NCBI GenBank assembly: GCA_031256725.1
Contig: JAIRQE010000016.1
Coordinates: 1-32,000 of the forward strand
Source: Propionibacteriaceae bacterium
GTDB lineage: Bacteria > Actinomycetota > Actinomycetes > Propionibacteriales > Propionibacteriaceae
Direction: 5' to 3'
Length of the DNA: 32,000 nucleotides
The notes below the pieces were generated by a model that was not told the DNA's origin, did no database searches, and was given only the letters and a program-made list of their open reading frames with translations. Positions 1-7,268 of this stretch are shown here, in pieces. The stretch's first letter is position 1, and each line of letters starts with the position of its first letter. The position numbers and the translations under genes are program-made.

Positions 1-137
1 CTTCATCGACAAACCACTCTTCACACTCCAACAGTCTTCCGCGCCCCATGGTTTCGCGGGCAAAAACATGTGATACACGGGCACCCACTACGCGGGCACA
101 TAATGTGATTGTCGTCGTCGTGTGTCCGCCAATGTGA

Positions 138-1777
<1,640 letters not shown>

Positions 1778-1835
1778 ACTTCACAAGTGTGGTCGCAACC
1801 TGATTCAGAACCGAACCTAGGGTAGATTTGCACGA

Positions 1836-2690
1836 GTGACTGAGATGTTGAAGATTGCTGTGCCCAATAAGGGTTCACTGGCCGAGGATGCTGCTGGGAT
1901 GCTTCGGGCGGCTGGGTACCACCAACGCTGGGACCCCAAAGACCTAGTGTTGACCGATGAAGCCAATGGGATTGAGTTCTACTACTTGCGTCCTCGTGAC
2001 ATCGCGACCTATGTGGGGGAGGGTACCCTTGATCTGGGGATCACTGGGCGAGACATGCTCCTCGAATCCTCAGCTCAGGCGCGCGAAATCCTTCCCCTAG
2101 GTTTTGGGGGTACGCGCTTCCGCTTTGCGCGACCAGTCGGCTCCGCTATTGATCCCGAAAACCTGAATGGGACCCGGATCGCCACATCCTATCCGGGCCT
2201 CGTGAAAAGGTACCTCGACTCCAAAGGGTGTGATGCTCGACTGATCAGCTTGGATGGTGCCGTTGAGTCGGCTATTCGACTTGGTGTGGCAGACATGATT
2301 GCTGATGTTGTACAAACCGGTTCGACCCTCAAAAAGGCGAGCCTGGAGGTTTTCGGGGAGGTACTCCTAGCATCTGAGGCTATCCTGATCGAAGGGCAAA
2401 ACCACGAATCCACTCCAGGCATGGAGCAACTCATTGCGCGTCTGTCCGGTGTCATCGTGGCTCGAGATTATGTCATGGTGGACTTCGACGTACCCCAAGA
2501 TTGTCTGGAGGCAACCACTGCGCTGGCTCCCGGGCTTGAAGGCCCCACAGTCTCACCCTTGGCGAAACAGGGGTGGTGTGCGGTTCGTACCCTTGTACCG
2601 AAGAAGGGGCATCAGGCGTTGATGGACTCCCTGTGGGCGGCTGGTGCACGGGCAATACTGGTGACACAGGTCTCGGCTGCACGTCTATAG
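1836..2690 (+). CDS. hisG: ATP phosphoribosyltransferase, long form
   Basis: 284-aa ORF with (M)LKIAVPNKGSL... at the N-terminus and a C-terminal regulatory domain. The true start may be ATG 1845 rather than GTG 1836. Confidence 0.9.
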   Translation: MTEMLKIAVPNKGSLAEDAAGMLRAAGYHQRWDPKDLVLTDEANGIEFYYLRPRDIATYVGEGTLDLGITGRDMLLESSAQAREILPLGFGGTRFRFARPVGSAIDPENLNGTRIATSYPGLVKRYLDSKGCDARLISLDGAVESAIRLGVADMIADVVQTGSTLKKASLEVFGEVLLASEAILIEGQNHESTPGMEQLIARLSGVIVARDYVMVDFDVPQDCLEATTALAPGLEGPTVSPLAKQGWCAVRTLVPKKGHQALMDSLWAAGARAILVTQVSAARL

Positions 2691-2765
2691 TTTCAAAAGG
2701 TGGATACGCAGCTTGTGTGAAGAGGCCTCGATTGTGTATCGTAGATTCCCGCACCTAGTGTGCGT

Positions 2766-2838
2766 GCGGACGTGGCTCAGCTGGTAGAGCATCACCTTGC
2801 CAAGGTGAGGGTCGCGGGTTCGAACCCCGTCGTCCGCT
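2766..2838 (+). tRNA. tRNA-Gly (anticodon GCC)
   Basis: Hand-folded cloverleaf: acceptor GCGGACG/CGTCCGC, D stem GCTC/GAGC, anticodon stem TCACC/GGTGA with loop TTGCCAA, T arm GCGGG-TTCGAAC-CCCGT. No encoded CCA. Confidence 0.93.
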
Positions 2839-2869
2839 CGGAGAGATCCCTGAGGGGATCGCCGTTAGC

Positions 2870-2940
2870 GGTGGAGTGGCCGAGAGGCGAGGCAGCGGCC
2901 TGCAAAGCCGTGTACACGGGTTCAAATCCCGTCTCCACCT
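2870..2940 (+). tRNA. tRNA-Cys (anticodon GCA)
   Basis: Acceptor GGTGGAG/CTCCACC, anticodon stem GCGGC/GCCGT with loop CTGCAAA, T arm ACGGG-TTCAAAT-CCCGT. 71 nt. Confidence 0.9.
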
Positions 2941-2951
2941 CGAAACAGCCC

Positions 2952-3023
2952 GGGCGGCTGGCGCAGCGGTAGCGCGCTTCCCTGACACGGAAGAGGTCAC
3001 TGGTTCGATCCCAGTGTCGCCCA
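2952..3023 (+). tRNA. tRNA-Val (anticodon GAC)
   Basis: Acceptor GGGCGGC/GTCGCCC, anticodon stem CTTCC/GGAAG with loop CTGACAC, T arm CACTGG-TTCGATC-CCAGTG region. 72 nt. Confidence 0.92.
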
Positions 3024-3031
3024 CGATTGAG

Positions 3032-3057
3032 GTGAATGAGTGCTTGCACTCATTCAC
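3032..3057 (+). other. perfect 12-2-12 inverted repeat (GTGAATGAGTGC tt GCACTCATTCAC) in the spacer between the two tRNA-Val genes
   Basis: Read directly from the sequence. No U-tract follows, so it is not a canonical terminator. It may be a processing or structural hairpin. Confidence 0.6.
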
Positions 3058-3068
3058 GAGGCTTGTGA

Positions 3069-3140
3069 GGGCGTATGGCGCAGCGGTAGCGCGCTTCGTT
3101 CACACCGAAGAGGTCACTGGTTCAAACCCAGTTACGCCCA
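3069..3140 (+). tRNA. tRNA-Val (anticodon CAC)
   Basis: Acceptor GGGCGTA/TACGCCC, anticodon stem CTTCG/CGAAG with loop TTCACAC, T arm with TTCAAAC loop. It is a near-duplicate of the Val-GAC gene. Confidence 0.92.
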
Positions 3141-3148
3141 CAAAGCCC

Positions 3149-3179
3149 AAAAGCCGACCACAAGGTCGGCTTTTGGTTT
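3149..3179. terminator. bidirectional intrinsic terminator (AAAAGCCGACC-acaa-GGTCGGCTTTT)
   Basis: An 11-bp stem (7-bp GC-rich core GCCGACC) is flanked by an A-run upstream and a T-run downstream, so it reads as hairpin plus U-tract on both strands. It lies between the end of the tRNA cluster (+) and the end of metB (-). Confidence 0.7.
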
Positions 3180-3284
3180 CTGTACGAAGACGACTCCCCA
3201 CAAAGCCTAAAAGCTGGCTGCTTGGACGAGCACCGATCAGATACATCAAAGATCATAGTGATATATAAATGTAATGTACCAACT

Positions 3285-4469
3285 TTATCTGTACGCCTTC
3301 TCTACTGCTTGGATGATGTCGGCAATGAGATCCTCGGGATCTTCTAGGCCGATAGCTAGGCGTACAAGCTTGTCAGGGGCAGGATTAGTCGTGGAAGCCA
3401 TGGAGGCGTGGGTCATCGCGTAGGGGTACTCAATCAGTGACTCTGCGGCGCCGAGGGATGCTGCCAGTCTCAAGAGTTGGGTGCTTTCGGAGACCTTGCG
3501 GGCGAGTTCGGGGGAGTCCAACTCGAAGGAGATGACCCCACCAAATCCGCTCATCTGTCGGGCGGCAATGTCGTGCCCGGGGTGGGTGGGCAAACCTGGG
3601 TACCAAACCTGTGAGATCTGCGGTACCTCGGTGAGGGCTTCGGCGACTCTCTGGGCGGTAGCTGCGGATCTTTGTACCCGGACAACAAGGGTACGAAGGC
3701 CCCGATGAGCCAGCCAAGAATCGAAGGCTCCTGGTACTGAGCCAATTGCGTTCTGCCACCAACGGACCTCGTGGAGGACATCATCAGAGCCACTGAGGCC
3801 ATCATCGGGAAGGTGGAGGTCTGGTGCGAAGATGGCAGCACCTCCAACGTGATCAGAGTGGCCACCGATGTACTTTGTCGTCGAATGGATGACAATATCA
3901 GCACCCAATTCGATGGGCCGTTGGAAGACGGGGGTTGCGAAGGTGTTGTCAACGACAACCCATGCTCCGTACTCGTGGGCGACTGTGGAGAGGGCCTCGA
4001 TATCTGATAATTCTAGGAGGGGGTTGGAGGGGGTTTCGAGCCAGAGGACGCGAGCGTGGGTCTCCTCGAAGGCGGTGCGTACCTCATCCAAGTTCGCCAT
4101 GGAAACCCGATGGGTAGACCTACCTTCTCTCGGCAAAATCCAAGTAAACATCCGCCCTGTACCAGCGTACACATCATGCCCGCAAAGAATCGTGTCCCCA
4201 GGGCGGGTGAGGACGCGCACTAGGGTGTCCTCGGCATTTAGCCCTGAGGGAAAGGCGACGGCTCCAGCCCCAGATTCGAGGCTAGCTAAGGCTTCCTGGT
4301 AGCGGTCCCTCGTCGGATTTCCTGAGCGGGAGTAGTTGTACCGATCTGGTGCTCCTTCAATACCGTCGAGTTGAAAGGTTGATGCAAGAACAATGGGTGG
4401 TACAACGGCCCCGGTGAGGGGATCACTGGCTTGGCCGACTTGCACGGCTCGTGTCGAAAATCCTGGCAT
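3285..4469 (-). CDS. metB: PLP-dependent cystathionine gamma-synthase / gamma-lyase family enzyme (Cys/Met metabolism)
   Basis: 394-aa ORF with the Cys/Met-metabolism PLP family pattern, including the PLP-lysine block HSTTKYIGGHSD. Sequence alone cannot separate gamma-synthase from gamma-lyase activity. Confidence 0.88.
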   Translation of the reverse strand: MPGFSTRAVQVGQASDPLTGAVVPPIVLASTFQLDGIEGAPDRYNYSRSGNPTRDRYQEALASLESGAGAVAFPSGLNAEDTLVRVLTRPGDTILCGHDVYAGTGRMFTWILPREGRSTHRVSMANLDEVRTAFEETHARVLWLETPSNPLLELSDIEALSTVAHEYGAWVVVDNTFATPVFQRPIELGADIVIHSTTKYIGGHSDHVGGAAIFAPDLHLPDDGLSGSDDVLHEVRWWQNAIGSVPGAFDSWLAHRGLRTLVVRVQRSAATAQRVAEALTEVPQISQVWYPGLPTHPGHDIAARQMSGFGGVISFELDSPELARKVSESTQLLRLAASLGAAESLIEYPYAMTHASMASTTNPAPDKLVRLAIGLEDPEDLIADIIQAVEKAYR

Positions 4470-4532
4470 GAATCTCTTTCGTGTTCGGTGGGCGCACAGA
4501 TACGCCTAAAAGGTGTGGGGAGGGGTGTACAC

Positions 4533-4578
4533 GCGCAGGCCAGCAGATGGCAGAGATGCTTTGGTTAGCGGCCCGCGC
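4533..4578 (-). promoter_or_regulatory. RNA stem (4570-4578 pairs with 4533-4541; 9 bp including one G-U) whose 5' arm is the last four codons of the minus-strand mini-ORF
   Basis: Minus-strand GCGCGGGCC ... GGCCTGCGC, with a nested AGCA/TGCT helix in the 28-nt loop. It sits in the metB leader and is followed by the C-rich, G-free tract ACACCCCTCCCCACACC (plus coordinates 4512-4528). Confidence 0.4.
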
Positions 4579-4639
4579 ACAGCATTCGACCACAGCACAT
4601 GGCGGAACACATCGCCATTGGGATCTGGGTCGTACACAT
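4565..4639 (-). CDS. candidate Cys/Met-rich leader peptide MCTTQIPMAMCSAMCCGRMLCAGR upstream of metB
   Basis: 24 codons plus TAA, containing 5 Cys and 5 Met. In-frame alternative ATGs occur at 4618, 4612 and 4600. There is no SD, but a TANNNT hexamer (TAGCTT, plus coordinates 4647-4652) ends 7 nt before the ATG, which fits a leaderless start. The stop lies 95 nt upstream of the metB ATG. Confidence 0.45.
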   Translation of the reverse strand: MCTTQIPMAMCSAMCCGRMLCAGR

Positions 4640-4679
4640 GGGAAAGAAGCTACAGTTCCTTACCTAAGAAACCTAATTA

Positions 4680-4696
4680 GTCTCAATAATTGAGAC
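4680..4696. promoter_or_regulatory. 17-bp perfect palindrome GTCTCAAT-A-ATTGAGAC, candidate shared operator
   Basis: Read directly. It is centred in the AT-rich core between the two divergent mini-ORFs and sits just upstream of a possible plus-strand promoter (TAGACT 4700-4705, 18-nt spacer, TAATGT 4724-4729). Confidence 0.4.
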
Positions 4697-4778
4697 AAAT
4701 AGACTTTTTTGGTGAACTATGAGTAATGTAATGCCCCAGCTGGGAAAGCCAGTTGTTTCGCAATAGCTAGGAGGAGTC

Positions 4779-4826
4779 ATGGCCACAACCATGGTGAACA
4801 CCTTCTGCTGTTGTATGTGTATGTGA
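4779..4826 (+). CDS. candidate Cys/Met-rich leader peptide MATTMVNTFCCCMCM
   Basis: 15 codons plus TGA, preceded by AGGAGGAG (4769-4776). The last six codons are C C C M C M. It lies 145 nt upstream of the first gene of the methyltransferase/ABC operon. Confidence 0.6.
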   Translation: MATTMVNTFCCCMCM

Positions 4827-4900
4827 CGCGCTAGCTATTCAGAGCTAGGGGATGGTCCGATTCTGGGCTGTCTTGGTGAATGAGCCCGCGTCATTTTCTG
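4823..4900 (+). terminator. candidate attenuator: alternative pairings ending in a T-rich tract
   Basis: TGACGCG (4824-4830, containing the mini-ORF stop codon) is complementary to CGCGTCA (4887-4893). The same 3' segment can instead form the local hairpin AATGA-gcccgcg-TCATT (4879-4895). Both are followed by TTTTCTGTTG. A nested hairpin CTAGCT-attcag-AGCTAG sits at 4831-4848. Confidence 0.4.
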
Positions 4901-4971
4901 TTGTCATCCAACACATCCTCCCCGTTATTCTCGGGGAAAATATCACAATCATACAACAATAGGAGTTTATT

Positions 4972-5994
4972 ATGTCCACACGTCTGGAAACCTTCCAGAA
5001 CATCATCAACGGCCAAGGCGAAGGGTACCTCACCGCTGCCTGGAAGCATTTCGTTGGCGAGGAGTACGACCGTGCCCGCTTCGTCAAAGCACATGTCGAC
5101 TTCGTCCAGCAATGGGATTGGGACTGGGTCAAGATCAACCCACGAGCCAATTATTATGCAGAAACATGGGGTGCAAGTTACGACCCCACCAACTATGACA
5201 TCATGGTCCCAACCCTCGTTGAGGCTGCGATCACGAAGCCAAGCGATCTGTCCAAGATCGTCCCACTCAAGGCTCAGGACAACCCGATTCTTCGTGAAGA
5301 AATCGCCAGAGCCCGAGAAATCAAGCAGGCTTTCCCCGATCGTGCAGTGATCCAATCGGTCTTCTCGCCACTGGGTGTACTGCTCTTCTTGGCAGACATC
5401 CATCCCTTCCCGCCAGGTCCAGGTAGGGAAGCCAACGGCCCAGTCTCACTGACAGACCTGTTGGACACTGATCGAGCATTGACCCTCAAGGCTCTCGAAG
5501 CCATCACCGAGACCCTCAAGGACTATGTCATCGAACTATTGAAGCCAGTCGAAGAAGGTGGAGCCGGTCTCGACGGGATCTTCTATGCCGTCCTCGGATT
5601 ACCGTCAAAGAGCTTCATCCCCAAGGACAAGTTCGACCAGTTGTCCACCCCATTCGACTTGGGTGTCCTTGAAGCCGCCAAGGGTTCAGCTGTGGTCTTC
5701 CACACATGTTCAATGGACTCTCATCCTGATTGGTTCACTCAGTGGCCATTGAGTGCATTGCAATGGGATCAATTCCTTGACGGAAACCCCGATATTACAA
5801 CCGATCTGGGTGTGATCCCGGTGGGTGGACCCGAGGCTCGCCTGTTTGAAGAAGGGCAAGACCTTGACCTTCTCCAAGAGCAGTTGGCCCGTACCCTCGA
5901 ACAGCGTCAGGGCAAGCCGTTCCTGCTCGCTTCAAGCTGCTCTTTGCCGCTGCATACATCCGATGAAGCCCTCGAGATCCTCAGCAAAGCCTGA
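4972..5994 (+). CDS. uroporphyrinogen-decarboxylase-fold (MtaA/MtbA/CmuA-like) putative zinc-dependent thiol methyltransferase
   Basis: 340-aa ORF with AGGAG 6-7 nt upstream. The overall length and pattern fit the URO-D family. It carries His244-x-Cys246-x76-Cys323 (FHTCS ... ASSCSLP), the H-x-C-xn-C zinc-thiolate signature of corrinoid:thiol methyltransferases and MetE-like enzymes. Confidence 0.55.
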   Translation: MSTRLETFQNIINGQGEGYLTAAWKHFVGEEYDRARFVKAHVDFVQQWDWDWVKINPRANYYAETWGASYDPTNYDIMVPTLVEAAITKPSDLSKIVPLKAQDNPILREEIARAREIKQAFPDRAVIQSVFSPLGVLLFLADIHPFPPGPGREANGPVSLTDLLDTDRALTLKALEAITETLKDYVIELLKPVEEGGAGLDGIFYAVLGLPSKSFIPKDKFDQLSTPFDLGVLEAAKGSAVVFHTCSMDSHPDWFTQWPLSALQWDQFLDGNPDITTDLGVIPVGGPEARLFEEGQDLDLLQEQLARTLEQRQGKPFLLASSCSLPLHTSDEALEILSKA

Positions 5995-6014
5995 AACACA
6001 GAAAAGAGAAGAAA

Positions 6015-7166
6015 ATGAAAAAGAAAACACTCGCATCCCTTGTTATAGGTTTGGCCTTTGCTCTGAGCGCCTGCGCAGGACAGGGCGATCAGACGCAGAC
6101 AACTGACCAGGCCCAAGACTCTCCAGTGACCTTTGGGGTGATCTATCCTAAGACTGGTTCCTATGCAGAATATGGCCGTCTGTTCGAACAGGGTCTAGAA
6201 CTCGCAGTGGAGAAGGTGAACACTGATGGTGGAATCCATGGTCGCGACCTGAAACTGAAGTACTTTGATACTCAGTCCGATCCGAAGCAAGCAGCAGCGG
6301 TCGCGCCCAAACTCGTTGTTGATCCAGAGATTATCGTCGTCCTTGGTGACTATTCTTCTTCCTCATCGAAGGCGGCCTCACCAGCATTCCAGCAGGCGGG
6401 TTTGGTTCACTACGGATTCAACAACTCGGCCACAGACTTCCCGTCAACTGGTGACCATGTGTGGTCCCCGAGTTTTGGTACAGACTCCCTGATGCCAGTA
6501 TGGGCAGACGCTATCGCTGATACTGGCGCGAAGACAGTTTCGGTGATCTATATCGAAAATGACTGGGGTTTGCAGGCCTACGATTATTTCGCAGACCACA
6601 TCAAGACTCTTGGAGTCGAGATCGTCTACACCTCAGCCTACCCTGCGACACCAACTGATGATTATTCACCCATCCTCATCAAGGCTCGCGATGCCAAGGC
6701 GGATGCGATCGTACAGATTGGTTATGCCGAAGGTGCTCAGATTGTCAACACCCTTCGTGACACTCTCGGCTATAAAGGTCCCTTCTATGGTGGTCAGAGG
6801 ACTCCAGAGTTCTTGGATATCGCAGGCAAGAATGCTGAAGGATCGATCCTGAATGGACACTTCTCGAACGAAACAACTGTGCCTAGGGTTCAGGAGTTCT
6901 TGGCTGACTTCCGTGCAGCTTATGGAGTGGATCCGGGTGACTTCAATCTTTCTGCTTACCAGGCGGTGATTGACCTTGCCTATGGGATCAATAAGACTTC
7001 TCCCACTCGTGAGGGAGTGCAAGAAGCCCTACAAACAGTGACCGATTTTCCTGCCTATATTGGTCAGGCCGACACCTTCGCTTTCGATCAGGAAACCCGT
7101 CGACTCCTTGATCCGAAGCCCGGGCTTGTCATCGTTGAAGATGGCGAATTCAAACCATACAACTGA
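6015..7166 (+). CDS. ABC transporter substrate-binding lipoprotein, LivK/branched-chain-amino-acid (Peripla_BP_6) family
   Basis: 383 aa. The signal peptide has the lipobox LSAC (MKKKTLASLVIGLAFALSAC). The type I periplasmic-binding-protein pattern is present (FGVIYPKTGSYAEYG..., GDYSSSSS). Confidence 0.85.
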   Translation: MKKKTLASLVIGLAFALSACAGQGDQTQTTDQAQDSPVTFGVIYPKTGSYAEYGRLFEQGLELAVEKVNTDGGIHGRDLKLKYFDTQSDPKQAAAVAPKLVVDPEIIVVLGDYSSSSSKAASPAFQQAGLVHYGFNNSATDFPSTGDHVWSPSFGTDSLMPVWADAIADTGAKTVSVIYIENDWGLQAYDYFADHIKTLGVEIVYTSAYPATPTDDYSPILIKARDAKADAIVQIGYAEGAQIVNTLRDTLGYKGPFYGGQRTPEFLDIAGKNAEGSILNGHFSNETTVPRVQEFLADFRAAYGVDPGDFNLSAYQAVIDLAYGINKTSPTREGVQEALQTVTDFPAYIGQADTFAFDQETRRLLDPKPGLVIVEDGEFKPYN

Positions 7167-7174
7167 TGATCGTG

Positions 7175-7200
7175 TGGAGGGCCTCACAGGGGGCCCTCCA
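7175..7200 (+). promoter_or_regulatory. intercistronic GC-rich stem-loop (TGGAGGGCC-tcacaggg-GGCCCTCCA) after the SBP gene
   Basis: Perfect 9-bp stem with an 8-nt loop, 9 nt after the SBP stop. No U-tract follows. It lies within a 102-nt gap before the permease gene. Confidence 0.55.
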
Positions 7201-7268
7201 CGCTCCGTCAAGTCATCCCGCGTACTGCAATTGCATGCAGGACAGGATCCAGACCGAAAGACCACACC

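Noticed and set aside
2755-3268. Four overlapping ORFs (70-130 aa, both strands) from the six-frame track
   Set aside because: They run straight through four well-folding tRNA genes and the terminator. Open frames here are an artefact of GC-rich structured RNA sequence.
4470-4564. Possible SAM riboswitch (SAM-I, SAM-IV or SAM-VI) in the metB leader
   Set aside because: I could not find the conserved cores (for example GCAACC ... GGUGC[CU]AA for SAM-I, or the SAM-IV pseudoknot segments). Only generic stems are present. A covariance-model scan (Rfam/Infernal) would be decisive.
4481-4693. 70-aa plus-strand ORF in the metB upstream region
   Set aside because: It has no RBS, an odd composition and no family resemblance. 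It lies antisense to the metB leader and mini-ORF and would have to be transcribed from within metB.
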